DNA from: Octopus sinensis
Lineage: Eukaryota
Direction of reading: 5' to 3'
Assembly: GCF_006345805.1 (NCBI RefSeq)
Contig: NC_042998.1
Location: 84,444,001 to 84,508,000, forward strand
DNA: 64,000 nucleotides
A model generated the notes under the pieces. That model searched no databases. It saw only the letters and a program-made list of their open reading frames with translations, and was not told the DNA's origin. The position numbers and the translations under genes are program-made. This document shows positions 11,471-24,904 of this stretch, in pieces; position 1 is the first letter of the stretch, and each line of letters begins with the position of its first letter.

Positions 11471-12900
11471 CTTACAAGAGAGAAAAAGAATAGGGTTAAT
11501 GGTAATTATTTTGTCCATTTTTGGCAAATAAAGAACAAATTCCACTCTTAATGGGATTGAAATCAACCCTAGAAGTATGAAAGGCAAAGTAGATCCCAGT
11601 ATGGTTTGAACTCAGTATGTAAAGAGCTGAAGCAAATACTGGAAAGTAATTTTTTAATGCTGTAATAATTTTGCCTATCCATTGGCCTAAATAATTTTTG
11701 ATTTAGGCACAAAACCAACAGCTCTGAGAAGAGGGTGTCAGCTGAAAATATGTTTCCAATTGCTTTAAACACCTTTACTTTCATCTGGGTGTATGTTTTC
11801 ACTCACTGAAGTACTTAAATATTTTTGCTTCTCTACCTCTTCCCATCTGTTGTTCACTTCACATTCTTCTGAACTTACATGATCTTCTGTCCCTCCCTCC
11901 CTCAGATTCACCTTCATGTCCCTATCCCCCTTACATTCATTCACCCTCTTTTACTTTGAAGGTATGTTCTGATACCTCATCACCGCCATCTCCTTTTCCA
12001 CCTTTGGTGACCATGTATCTCCTCTATAGTAAAAACCTGTTCCTATCCTTCAATTACTTTATTGCTTCTCATCACCTGGTATAAAGCCACCTCCCTCAAT
12101 ACTCTATCCCCACAATCTAAGAGTCTTGTCTTGTAAACTATTGCAACATCTCTTCTGCTAGTGACACAAAAAAGCACCCAGTACACTCTGTAAAGTGATT
12201 GGTATTAAGAAGGACAACCAATTGTAGAAACCATGCTGAAGCAGACGTTGTAGCCTGATAAAGACCTCTGACAAGTCAGATCCTGTAAAACAGTCCAACC
12301 AACCCATGCCAGCATGGAATATGGATGTTAAGAGATGATGATGATGTGTTAACTTTAGAGCTATTTGACAGTCTTCTTTGACCTTAACTTTCAGCATAAT
12401 GTTCCAATTCAACTTAACATATTTATTCCTATACATCATCTTTAGAGAGGTATCACTTTTCTTCCAATCATGCACCAGTTTTTCATTTATTTAACTCTTC
12501 TTTGCTGCAGCAACACTGCTGTTTGTAGACTTTGCAAATGCAGCCAACTTCCAGTTTCAAAAACTAGCATCATATTTCTTTACTTTCTTTTTTTCTCTCT
12601 CTTCTTTGCTGGAAGAAATCACATGATAAAATATTTTCAGCTGTTCAAAAACTAAATGCCATCAATGTCAACCAGTTATAAGTTAACAAGAAGACATACT
12701 GAGTTTTACCTCCACCTACTTTCATGTCAGATTGACGCAGTGGTAATTAACGCATGCCAGCAAGAGCATTTAGCATTGGTGGTTAAATAAATTGGCCTTT
12801 TGGCTTATTCAGTACATAGTGGAGGAAGTCAATAAATAGATTACAGTCAAACCAAAGTTGTAGGATAACACATCCCTGAGATTAGCAGCTGGGAGGCATA

Positions 12901-13116
12901 TGAGGGGTTGCTGAAAAGTTCCTGACTTTAAGAGTATCACAAAAGGCCTGGTTAGAGGCCCAACCTTCCAAGTTCCTTTACAAGACTTAGAAAAACTGAA
13001 GGACTGCTGCAATAAGTGTGTAAATCTGAGAGGGGAATACATTGAATAAAAGTATAATTAATTGTTCCTCCTGTGTTTTCTTTTACCCAAAGTCAAGGAC
13101 TTTTCAGCACTCCCTT
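12901..13116 (+). mobile_element. Internally deleted mariner element
   Basis: TIR-like tgaggggttgctgaaaagttcctgacttt / aaagtcaaggacttttcagcactccc; core LEKLKDCCNKCVNLRGEYIE*. Confidence 0.75.
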
Positions 13117-13809
13117 CCATACCATATTTGAAGGTACACAAAACATACTTTTTTCCACACCACTCAAAGAATTGTTCTAGATCCTATATGCAAAGTTGGG
13201 CCTATTTAATGTGCTTTAATACTTTCATTAGGTGAATTGTTAGCAAACCTGGGCGAAATGCTTAGCAGTATTTTGTCTGTCCTTACATTCTGAGTTCAAA
13301 TTTGGTTGAGGTCAGCTTTGTCTTTCATCCTTTCAAGGTCAAGCCATGCTGAGCTAGTGTGACAGAGTAAGCTCATCAAACCAGTATGATCTCAAGCTCA
13401 AATTCATGGCCTCCACACCAGTCTGTGGTTGGTGAAGAGAACATGCAAACAACCATGTAGCCAGCCGATTGCAACTGGGGGTGCTATCTTGATAGTTGGG
13501 GGTGCTGAACAGGCGTACGGACAAAAGTGTGAAGTGGACAAAAGCCCCATGCTTATATTTTTCAGTTATTTTTTTGTTTTTTTTCACATTTCTTGACGCC
13601 TAACCTGATCAAAACTTCTGATATATTTTGTTTTTATTTTCATTTTATTTTTGCAATCATTAAACTGAGGCAATGCTGGGGCATCACCTCAAAGAATTTT
13701 TAGTCGAATGTATCGACTCCAATATTTTAAAAAGGATTTTCAACAAGCACATAGTTAAGCCTAAAAGGTATTTCTACATGCTAGAGATAACAGCCAAATC
13801 TTTAAACAT

Positions 13810-14720
13810 TATTTTTATATAATTTCAAATAAATATCGACCACGAGGCTGACAGTGTGTCTTCTCAACAATTCGATGATTTCGTTTTGCATTGCTGCTGA
13901 GGTGTAGGTCGCATTTTTTGGAATCGTGCTGTAATATTCCATTAGCTTTGAGTCTTTCTCTAATGTGTACTGGAATACTTTCATAAAAAGACCACAAGGC
14001 TACATATAATCTTCCGAATAAAGATCCTGAAAAGCTTTGTTTTCATTTCCTCAAAAAGGCAATTTGTTTGCATAAAGAAAATGAACAATATCAACAACGG
14101 AACTGATATAATAACGGTTTTTGCTCAACTGATCATTTTGCAAGATTGAAGACACGGATGTTGTGGATAAACACTATTGGCATTCCTTCCATGTTACCAT
14201 AGCTTGGATATGGGATGCAGAGTTTGCCTGCTTATTTAAACCTTTGTTTTTTTTCTTTTGCATGATGCCAATTAGAATATCCATTTTTAATAAAACAAAT
14301 ATCAGCTTGAGCAGAAGTATTAAAGTGCCAACAAGCAAAACAAAACAACGCTTTCTTTGAAAGAGAATACTCTAACTATAAACAACCAGTATACCAGCTT
14401 GACAAGAAATCACATCTCTGATTTCTATAAATTTTTTGATCAAACTTTGCTAGAACTGGCTGCACTGGTTGGCAGTCGACCTTGTCCTAGATCATCCAGG
14501 TGTCAAAGACTTTGCAAGACCTCCCTTGAGCTGCGAAACTTCGTTTGCAATTCTCTTCTGTTTAGCATTATTAGATGAATCAGATTGGAAAATCTGCAAT
14601 GATTGCTTCAGTTTTCTTTTTTGGCAGTGATTCATTATTTTTGGGCACTGATATTCGCAGTAATTAATTCTAAGGTAGAATATCGTAGTAAGAGTAACAA
14701 TTTCTTAAAATCCATGTATT
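13810..14720 (-). pseudogene. Degraded hAT transposase (TTF zinc finger + DUF4371, ZMYM1-like)
   Basis: Frameshifted pieces GYSNWHHA / KGLNKQANSASHIQAMVTWKE / KNRY.ISSVVDIVHFLYANKLPF*G / PKNATYTSAAMQNEIIELL. Confidence 0.8.
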
Positions 14721-15639
14721 TTAAAATTTAAACTCGAAAGAGATTTCGGTTCAAGCAATTTTTTTTTACAATTTCTTCAAAGTTATGCTTTTTTAGTTCA
14801 AGACAAAATAATTTCAGTATAAAGTTTGTTCAAAGAGTGAGAAAAATTATTCAGTGAAAATTCTCACCTGAAAAATAAAATGACTTTCTAGAAATAAAAT
14901 GACTTTCTAATGTTCATCTCTGTTCATATATATATATACATGTGTAGTGATGCGTTTACTACTATAAATCTCTAACTACAGCAACAATTCTTCACATACT
15001 TTTCAACAGCAACAAGGACAATCACCAGCACCACAACAACAACAATAACAGTTGATGACAGGGTCAGCAGCCAATTCTGTGACAACAATTACAGCTACAA
15101 CAAACACTTTGACCAGCTCTAATTTACCTACATTTTCATATGATTAACTACTAAATCAATAGAAATTCAATTTATTGCATCTTTAGCAACTTCAGATATG
15201 AGAAAAAAGAAGGTGGTGACAAAAGGGGATAAAACAAATTCTCATACTGGGGTGGAGGGGCTGAGATTCTAACCAGGGGTGCTGAGCACCCCATAGCCAC
15301 ATGCCTGCATGCAAAGCCTTCATCCTACAATGGACTGGACATAGGCAATCCAAACCAATCCAACCCAAACTCTTTCATTACTGTATTTCTGTTTCAGTTA
15401 AATTTGAAAATAATCTTTTATTCTATAGGCACAAGGCAAGAAATTTTGAAGTAGGGGTGATGGCTGATTACATCAACCTCAGTACTTGATTAGTACTTAA
15501 TTTATTGACCCTGAAAGTAAAGCTGACCTTGGTGGAATTTTAAACTCAGAGTGCAAAGATAGGCAAAATACCACTAAGTATTTTAGCTGGCATACTAATG
15601 ATTCTGTGTGCCTTTTATACCATCAAATAGCTTTTCAGG

Positions 15640-15912
15640 TGCCCAGCTCCATGACCGCACACTGACCATTAAAGCCAATGGGTAGTCCGCATTACTCCAT
15701 AAAGAGGATAAGGCCAGTTTCCCAGTTTCTCATATATATTCCTTCCTGGATGGGATGCTGGTCTGTCAAAGGAACACATTTTTACCAGCTGGAGCAATAT
15801 GAAATAAAGTGTTTTGCTCAAGAACACATTGCATTGCCTATTCCAGGAATCGAAACCACAATCTTACAATCATGAGTCCAGTACTCTAACCACTAAGCCA
15901 TGCACCTTCACC
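15640..15912 (-). mobile_element. SINE S2
   Basis: Reverse complement of the S2 copies at 17728 and 24905. Confidence 0.65.
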
Positions 15913-17727
15913 ATGAAACCCAATGCTTTCTCCTAAATTACAAATTATTCAGAGTGGGGTATGGGTAGAGCCATTAGGCTTAGGCCAAATGTCTTGCAAT
16001 ATTTGTCCTGGTTCTTTATATTCTGAGTTCAAATGCCACTGATGTGGACTTTGCCTTTCGTCCCTCTATGGTCAAGAAAATAAAGTCAGGTACTCAAGTT
16101 GATAGCATCAATCAACCTCTGTTCCAACTAAGCTGGCCTTGGGCTTAGATTAGATATTATTATCATAATCATTATTATCATTGAGTGAGAGAGCACTACG
16201 TCCTATCAAAGTGACACTGGGGTACAAATATATGAAGCCCAATATACCCATCATGATTACCCATCTGATAAGGGGATACACCAGGCACATGCATCACAAC
16301 CATACGTGTGCAACATGGTGATCTCATATCAAGACAAACAGTACATGATCTAGCAGGTGGGGACCAGTTAGAATCTTTGTTAGGTTGAGTAGCCTATCCT
16401 ACTCAAAAGGTCCCTGAATGAGGGTTGTTTAAGGATGTTGAACAAAACATCCATGTTTTCAGAGGTGAATTATTCAAACCCCAAAGAATTCCTCTCCACA
16501 CATGGCTATGATGCTCCCCCATTACTTCTGCTCATGATCAGAGATGCACATATCGTCAGCCACCAAGGGACATGCTCAACTGGTTACGGTCAAACAACCA
16601 ACAAGCAAATCTGTGATATTGAGCAAAATATTTGCTGTAGCCCATCTTTTACACCAAGACAAAACATGTACATGATAACACTTCCAATCAGTTAGGATCA
16701 GAAGCCATGAGAGCCAGTGCCTGGTATCATCATTATCATAATCATCATAGTTGTGGTGAGCAGGTAGAATTGTTAGCATGTCAGATAAAATATTCAATGG
16801 TATTTCTTCTGGCTCTTTACATTCTGAGTTCAAATGCCATCAAGGTCAACTTTGCCTTTCATCATTTTGGGGTCAATAAAATAAGTACCAACCAAGTACC
16901 GCAGTTAATATAATCATCCAACATCCTCCCCTGAAAATTCTAAGGCTTTGTGCCAAAATTTAAAACATTTGCTTACTAACGCTTTGTATCTCTTTGCAGT
17001 AAAGTTTATAAGGAAACACAGTTTATAAGAAGAATTAGCATACAATTCTCTGCATATTCATAGCCATATACCATGCCATAGTTCTAAATACCTGCTCTTC
17101 TTTTTACTTACAACATTGCCATATACATTAACATGGTTTTTGGAACTGTAGGAATGCAAATTATGTTTGTTTATTTTTCATTTTGGCATTCTACCATCTA
17201 TATTTAGAGTTATGTTAAATCAGTAGCAATTCACAGACACAGAGTTATATTAACATACCAAGATTTGGAAATATTTGGGTAAAGGCTGCTTTTGGCAAAT
17301 CTTAAAAACAATAAAAGAAAAATAAGTTGATATATCTTAATTTGTATATTTGTATTACATGGAACAATAATCACATACATAAGCATCCAGATGGAAGAGT
17401 TGTTAGAATGCCGAATAGATTGCTTTGTAGTGATCATTCTGAGTTCAAACCCTATCAAGGTCAACTTTGTTTTTTTATTATTTCAGAGTTGATAAATAAA
17501 GTACCATTTAGTACTGAGGCCAATTCTTCTCTTTCTCCTTCTCTGTGTCTCTGACTTTCTCTCTTCTGGAACAAATTGGCTATGGTTGGACCTGGACTAG
17601 GATAGGTTCTACCAAAAATACTCAAGACCTGCTGTACATCTCACTGATGCCTCCATTACGAAATTGAGGACCCATGGTAAATGTATAATCCCAGCAGACC
17701 TCATTATAATTCTGCATACTTTATTAA

Positions 17728-17965
17728 AGGAGGAGGTGCATAGCTTAGTGGTTAAGGTGTTGGACTCATGATCCTAAGTTGGTGGTTTCAATTCCTGGAC
17801 CAGATGCCACATTATGTTCTTGAGTAAAACCCTTTATTTAATGGTGTTCCAGTCCCCTCAGCCGGCAAAAATAAGTAATCCTGCAATGGACAGGCATCCT
17901 ATTCAGGGGGAAATATATGAGCCATGGAAACTGGACCTGTGAATGTATACAACTCAGGAAGGATC
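17728..17965 (+). mobile_element. SINE S2 (tRNA head + Meta-core-like body)
   Basis: A box tagcttagtgg, B box ggtttcaattcc, body cctgcaatggacaggcatcctattcaggggg. Confidence 0.7.
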
Positions 17966-18751
17966 TATACTACAATAATCAGGTTGTGTAGAAAACTCGG
18001 TCTTATCACAAGATCTTTTGCATTTTCCTTGTGAGGATTCTCAATTTTTTCTCTCTTTCTTTTTTTTGTATTCCTAACATCTTCATGAATATCTACCATT
18101 GCCAGTACTAATGATAAAACTAATAATAATAATAATAATAATAATAATATAATGGTTTAGACATGAAGCCAGCAATTTTGTAGGGAGGGAGACTAGTTCA
18201 ATACCATCAATTCCAGTGCTTGAGTAGTACTTTAATTTACCGACCTGTGAGTGATGAATGGAAAAGATGACCCCAAGAAGGATTTCTACTCAGAATGTAA
18301 GGTGCTAAAATGAATGTAAATCATTTTTACCTATGCTCTAATATACATTTGGTGTTTGTTTAAGGGCTTTTTTTCTATTCTAGCAAGGGTTTGGAAGGGA
18401 CCTTATTTGAGGCTGGACTTTAAAACCAGATGTCGTTCCATCCATTAATTCTACTGGCAGCATTGATCAGCATGTAGTGGAAAGCACTTGCTCAAGGAAT
18501 TGTTCTGGAATAGACTGGATAAACAATTACCATGTTGCAAGGATAATGCATATTTTTCAAATGGTATGCAGTTCATGTATGCATACATAGTAAAGTTTAT
18601 TTACCAACATAATGTGGCAGTCCTATACAAGGACGATGTTACAGTTATTTAGCCTCAGGAAAACATCTTTTCCAGTTGGCTATCGACACACAGTTTGTGC
18701 CCATATAGTATATGCAAGAGAGGTCATCGCTCCTGTCTCTAACCTTACATG

Positions 18752-18795
18752 ATACAGACCTAAGTTTCTGGGTAGTTACTCATCCTCAGTGTGAG
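18752..18795 (-). ncRNA. Minimal type I hammerhead-ribozyme-like motif
   Basis: Minus strand: caca CUGAGGA ugagu-aacu-accca GAAAC uuag GUC ugua; core intact, stem I 3 bp, stem II 4/5 bp. Confidence 0.55.
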
Positions 18796-18949
18796 AAAAG
18801 CATAGGCACACATCAATGAGACTGCCAATAAATGTAAATACAGTATGTACATGAATACATAACATACGCATATTCACATTCATGTATTCACACACACACA
18901 CACATGTATGCAGACTTACATATATACATATACACACACACAAACACAC

Positions 18950-19170
18950 ATCATCATCATTTAACGTCCGTTCTCCATGCTAGCACGGGTTGGACTGTTC
19001 GACCAGGGATCTTGGAAGCCAGAAGGCTGCACCAGGCTCCAGTTCTGATTTGGTAGTGTTTCTACAGCTGGATGCCCTTCCTAATGCCAACCACTCTGAG
19101 AGTGTAGTGGGTGCTTTTTATGTGCCAGGCGAGGCTGGCAACGGCCACGATCGGATTGGTGCTTTTTACG
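18950..19170 (-). mobile_element. RTE-type LINE 3' UTR
   Basis: Same sequence as 3768 and 43945. Confidence 0.7.
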
Positions 19171-19449
19171 TGATAAACATGCTTACACTCCTATACATAC
19201 ATACACACACACATACATATATATGCACTTGTGTGGATATTTAGACACATGCACAAACACTCATACATGTGTACACACACTCTTATGGACACATGCATAG
19301 ATATCAGTATATGCATTAGATGAGCAAGGGTAAAATAAAATAAAAAATACAATGAACGTCTAGTATGTTCTAACAAATAATAATTAGGTGTGGATGCTCA
19401 CATGTCCCCATATATGCTTGTATTCATATACACATGCATGTGTGTAGAG

Positions 19450-19590
19450 TCTCTGTTATTGGTGAAATTGATACAGTTGAGGTTGGGTTTTTAGAACTGT
19501 TAGATGGGCTATCAATATTTTGGTTAGACTGTGTTGTAACTCATATTGAAACCAAGTCTGTTTGCATTTTTCAAGGAAATCATTTATTTA
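19450..19590 (+). repeat. Dispersed repeat, copy 1 (copy 2 at 21110-21280; partial match at 43015-43040 next to a hammerhead-like motif)
   Basis: Shared gtgaaattgata.agttgagg...tttagaactgttagatgg.ctatcaa.attttgg...aaaccaagtc. Confidence 0.7.
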
Positions 19591-21109
19591 ATATAAACAT
19601 GCAAGTATGTACACACAAACATACATACACAGATACACATATCTATGCACCTATAAGTAGACAATGTAGTGTTAGTTCTATCTATATTGGCTGGGAGAGG
19701 GTGCTGGTAAAATTACGGTTGTTGTTTTTGGAGGGCTCATAAAAAACAAGAAAACCATTTGAAAAATATGCATTAGCCATATAATGTAATCGTTCTTATA
19801 ATTTGTTCCAGAACAACACAGAGAAATTCCATTACTACTGATATATAAATGTATGCTCCCTTGATTTGAAACCAGTTTGATAAATGCCAATGCACAGAAC
19901 ATTTGTCCCCTGATCTGTAACTTCAACCATTTCAGGCTTTGGGCCTGTTAGATTATTATTATTATTTATCTTTTAAGGAGTTGATAAAGTAAAGTACCAG
20001 TCAAGTACTAGGGGTGATGGTATTGACTTACCTTCTTCTGTCAAAATTGCTGGCCTTGTGCCTAAACCAGAAACCATTATTATTGCCAATCAAACAAGGT
20101 TGCAATGGAAGGTCTGTTCTCACTGTGCTCTGCTATTTTGTGTTTGTTAATGTGGTTATGTACCTCAAGACTATGCAGCTGGCAAGTTCTTGAATGTAGC
20201 CACAACCCTCTCATCTGCCCACACATTGACACCATTGCCACAGCCCTCTGCCTCACACCCTAGCAGCATCTCTTCTCACTTTCTGTTCTCATACAGTTCC
20301 ATTCACATCCCTCCTCTGGCATCAGCAGCAAGCTAAATTTAAAAAAGGCTAGCAAGTTGGTAGAATCATTAGAGCAGTGGGAAAATGCTTTGGATTATTC
20401 ATTCCAGCACTTCACATTCTGAGTTCAAATCCTGCTGGGCATAATCTTTTCCTTTCATCACTCTGGGGTTGATAAATTAAAGTACTACTCAAGCACTGGA
20501 ACTGATGGCATTGAACTAATCTCCTTCCCTGCAAAATTGCTGGCTTTGTGTCTATAACAAAAACTATTATTACTATTATCATTATTATTATTATAATTAT
20601 TATTATTATTGGTGCTAGTAACAGTAGATATCCATGAAGATGTTAGAAATACAAAAAAAAAAAAAAATTGAGAATCTTTGTGAGGAAAATGCAAAAGATC
20701 TTGTAATAAGACCAAGTTAGCTACACAACCTGCTTAATGAAGTATGCGGAGTTATAATGAGGTCTGCTGGGATTATAAGTAGACTTTTCTGACTTTGGCT
20801 CAGAGCCAAATTTTCTAAGAGAAGTGTACAAACAATTGAATCAACTTCAGTAAATAAGTATTGGCACTTACGCCGGAAGGAAGAAATGGAAAACTTGAAA
20901 TCAAAACCTAAAATGATAAAATAAAAACACAGCAATACACTGCACTCTGGTTCTTAAATGACTTAAGCCATCTTTAGTTCAATAAGTTGATTGTTAAAAC
21001 ATTATGAAAGGGTTTCTAAACTATAACCTAGCAATAAAATGTTTTTTTATTTTTTATTTTCTTTGTTAAGTATAGTAGAAGAAAGGGAACAGTAATGATG
21101 ATCTTTGTA

Positions 21110-21280
21110 GGGTCTCCTTCACTAGTGAAATTGATATAGTTGAGGCTGAGTCTTTAGAACTGTTAGATGGACTATCAACATTTTGGTCAGGCTGTTTTAG
21201 ACTGTCTCATAACCTATATTAAAACCAAGTCCATCTGAAGTTTTCAAGGAAACCATTTATCTTTACATAAATATTACAAT
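21110..21280 (+). repeat. Dispersed repeat, copy 2
   Basis: Colinear with 19450-19590. Confidence 0.7.
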
Positions 21281-22479
21281 GATTACAATAGTTACTGGCT
21301 GGAGGCTGTATCACAGCATTGAGTTACATATGTATGTTGACCAAGAATTAGATGGTCTACATCCTTGTGTGGGAAAGAAGTGAGAATAAAGAATGTCTTG
21401 TGTACATGCTTTGAGAAATGAGAATACTGTTATAGTTGCAAGTGTGGATGTGTGGTAAGAAGCTTTCCAACAACATGGTCCTGGGTTCAGTCTCCCAGCA
21501 TGGCACTTTGGACAAGTGTCTTCTATTAAAGCTTCAGGCCAACCAAAACCTAATAAGTAGATTTGGTAGATGGAAACAGAGACAAGACTGTCATATATAC
21601 ATGTGTGTGTGTGTATCCCATCACAATTTATTTGACTGAAAGTTCTTCAAATGTGGTGCTCCAGCACAGCCACAGTTTAATGACTGAAACAAGTAAAAGG
21701 ATTAAAAAAAAGAAAGATAAAAATATGGTAGATGAATGATTCTTTTTAACCTGAGGTTGAGCAGCATCAAAGAACCCTGTTCACTAGCCTTCTCTGGGAT
21801 GCTGCACATTTTGCATAATTCTTTATTCCTCTGCTCCCCAAGAGCTTGGTGCAAATCTCAGTTTATAACCAAGTTTTGAAAGGAAACCATGGAAGTTTCC
21901 ATTGATTGTATGATTACAGTTGAAATATCATTGGTTAGAATTCAGGACAAATCACCTGATATGCTGCGGCCTATTTCTCATTACTGAGCTGATGTGGTTT
22001 CAAATCTAAGCCTTGCTTTTATAGGTTGACATCTGTAGAAAAAGTGTACTGAGCAGGGTTAGATACATCACAGATGTACAGCTCTGAGGTTAATCTGGAG
22101 GCAAATTTGTAGAGTTGTTAGAATATTAGATAGAATACATCATGGTATTTGTTTTAACTCTCTGCATTCTGTGTTCAAATTCCACCAAAGTCAACTTTAC
22201 CTTTCATTTTTTCAGGGCTGATAAAATTGTACCAAGCAAAGATGATGGATTGGCAGAACTGTAAGAACATCAGATTATATTGTTTCATGATATTTGTTCT
22301 GATTCTTTATGAGTTCAAATCTCTAATAGCCAACTTGAGCAGTAGATTTAATCCATTGCCCAGTTTAACACCATCATCTGACACCTTTAACAGAATCCAC
22401 TTTGCTGCAAGTATTTGGGCCAGGCTTCTAGCTTAACGAAGCCTTCCTCCCTCTTTCCCAATAATCTCAGAGGTCCAGC

Positions 22480-22830
22480 AATGTGTCATGGCCACTGTTT
22501 TCCCACCAGACTAAAATATAAGTGAAAACAATGATTGGGTAACATGCTTAGTGTAGGATCTAAGGCATGAGACATAGTAGAGACAAAGAGAAGCAAAAAG
22601 ACATGCATTGAGTGAGCTGAGGCAACAATGGTACACTTATTTCAAGCTTAAAGTGACAGAGACTGTTACAGGAGTAGGAGGAGAGGCAGAGAGAAGAAAG
22701 AGTGCAACTGTGAGTCAGCGATTGCTAAACATGGTAAACAAATCTTTGATAACTAGCTTGATTGCTGGTTGTTTTATGAGAGGTGGGGGACTGTGACCAA
22801 GGATATATGTGAGCTGTATTTAAATGATAT
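22480..22830 (-). mobile_element. Old CR1/L2-group LINE ORF2 C-terminal fragment
   Basis: Minus strand QSLTHSCTLSSLCLSSYSCNSLCHFKLEISVP resembles 41390-41840 (PVAHSCAVSSLCFFYCYSNSFCS). Confidence 0.5.
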
Positions 22831-23417
22831 GTGGACACAGCTTAGCCAAGTAGTTAAGAAATTTTCTTAACAATCATGAAGTCTCAGGTTCAATCCCACT
22901 GTTTTTTCTACTATTGGTCTGGGTCAACCCAAACCTTGCAAATGGAATTAGGTATACAGAAATTATATGCAAGCCCTTCAGATGGAGTATTACACTGAAG
23001 TTTTCCCTAATCCTAACCTTTTTTTTGACAATTGTGCATATGTATCATGGAGGAGGAAAGTTTGAGAAAATTTTGAGTGTATATATGGGAGTATAGAATT
23101 GGAAGCAATAGTACTGCTAACAGAGCCCATTTCATTAGTGACTATTCAACTAATACTTCTCATTCAAGGAAACATTTTGGTTGAGGACCTGAAGGTCTGG
23201 TTGCAATGTGTTGATCAGAGAACTTGCAGGCTGAGCAATGGATGAAGATATTCTTTGTTTTTGTTTTTTTTACATGATTATCATATAAACATTGCAGTAA
23301 CAAGTAAATAAACTCTGAATTGGTGATGGTGGTGTATTTCCTGAGTATTTCCTCCAAGTGAAACGATGTGGTTCTAACAGGTACAACTGTAGTATCAATA
23401 AAGTCAAATTACATTCT

Positions 23418-23635
23418 TGGCATAGTGGTTAAGAGTGTGGGCTACTAACCCCAAGATTCCGAGTTTGATTCCAGGCAGTGACCTGAACAACAACAACGAC
23501 GAATACCTTAGGAATGAGAACCCAGGTTCAAAATTTCCCCAAGCCACCTGATGAAGGCTGGAGGGTATATCAGCTGAAACTTTGTGTTAACAACAAACAA
23601 GATGAGGAAAAATATCTGTCAAATGTAAATAATGT
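23418..23635 (+). mobile_element. tRNA-headed short element carrying a hammerhead-ribozyme-like motif
   Basis: A box tggcatagtgg 23418-23428, B-box-like gagtttgattcc 23461-23472, (AAC)n linker, hammerhead core 23548-23583. Confidence 0.7.
23543..23588 (+). ncRNA. Minimal type I hammerhead-ribozyme-like motif (mutated copy)
   Basis: gccac CUGAUGA a ggcugg-agggUAUA-ucagcu GAAAC uuu gugUU; stem II 6 bp incl. 2 G-U, stem I 4/5 bp. Confidence 0.65.
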
Positions 23636-24408
23636 ATGTCAGTATTTTGTTTAGAACCTATTAAATTTGTTTAAAGTCAACAGATTCATTAAACTGGATT
23701 TTATCCTAGTTTCTGTGACTATATAACTGACCAAGAGAACAAGACCACTGAATGTGTCACCAGTTCATTACAAGGTTACCTTCCCACTGTTGCTTGTATT
23801 CATTTTCAGCAGACTGGACTGAAGCAATGGGAAGTGAAGTTCTTTGTTCAATGACACAATCCACCACCCACTCCAGAAACTGAACCCATGATCTGGTGAT
23901 CACCAGCTAAACACTTTAATTAGCCACATGCCATTATATTCTAAACATATTGTAGAAAAAAACATTGACAAAAGTCTTAACATAAAAAAACAACATCCAA
24001 TTATGTTATGATAGAGTTCAAATTTGTTTTGCTTTACATTTTCTGACAGTTTTATCTTGTTCAGAAACATGGTAAAATAATACCACAAGAGATTAATCTA
24101 CAAACTCACTGCTCAGAAATCATTGGACTTAACTTCCTTCCATTTAGAAAAATTTACCTTGTTCAGTGATTATTAATTGAAATAAACTGTTAATTATGAT
24201 AAAATGATGTTTTTTCCTTCTCATTTATACTCTTATATACTTTAAGGCTACAGTGACTGGATATTAAATTCTCTTTTGGGTGAAATAAGAATTGTTAGCA
24301 CATCAGACAATGTGTTTAGAAGCCTTTCTTATTGTTCTTTGCTTTCTGAGTTCAATTTTTGCTGATTCTGGAGATATGAAAGCCAAAATTGACCTTAGCA
24401 GGATTTAA

Positions 24409-24626
24409 CCCTTTCATTACCATATTTATTTTGAGATGCTCTGTGTTTCTTTCAATTAATTTTAAATATAACAAAGAATTTAGTAAAATAACATAGTTAC
24501 CATTAAGCTAGTGTTAGGAACATAAATTATAAGGTTTGGTGGAAGATTTTAATTCAAAACTTATGAAAACAAGACATTTGTACTACAGAGCCAGAGGCGG
24601 CTTCAGCTGGGTTGGTATCAAAAAAG
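24409..24626. mobile_element. piggyBac-like MITE inserted in the TTAA of an S3 SINE
   Basis: TTAA at 24405-24408 and 24627-24630; flanks rejoin as ggatttaa-actcag, the S3 B-box region. Confidence 0.8.
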
Positions 24627-24904
24627 TTAAACTCAGAATGCAAAATGACAAATCAAGAATTGCAAGGCATTTTTTTCTGATGCACTAAAAAACACTAGCA
24701 ATCCATGGCCCTAACAACAATAACAATAATCCTTTTTATTATAGACAAAAGGCTTAATATATATTTTGCTGAGGTTAACTTTGTCTTTCATCCTTTTGAG
24801 AACAATAAAATAAGTACCAGCTGAGTGCTGGAGATCAATGTAATCAACTAATCCCCTAGCTCCCATATTGCTGGCTTTGTACCAAAATTTAAAACTATTA
24901 TTAT

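Noticed and set aside
15639-15684. Possible exon GAQLHDRTLTIKANG resembling an RRM end, after tttcag
   Set aside because: Abuts or lies in the tail of a minus-strand SINE, has a weak donor and has no partner exons.
23418-23482. tRNA gene (and similar heads at 688, 17728, 56298, 63252)
   Set aside because: Acceptor, anticodon and T stems are broken and the anticodon would be ACT; these are SINE heads.
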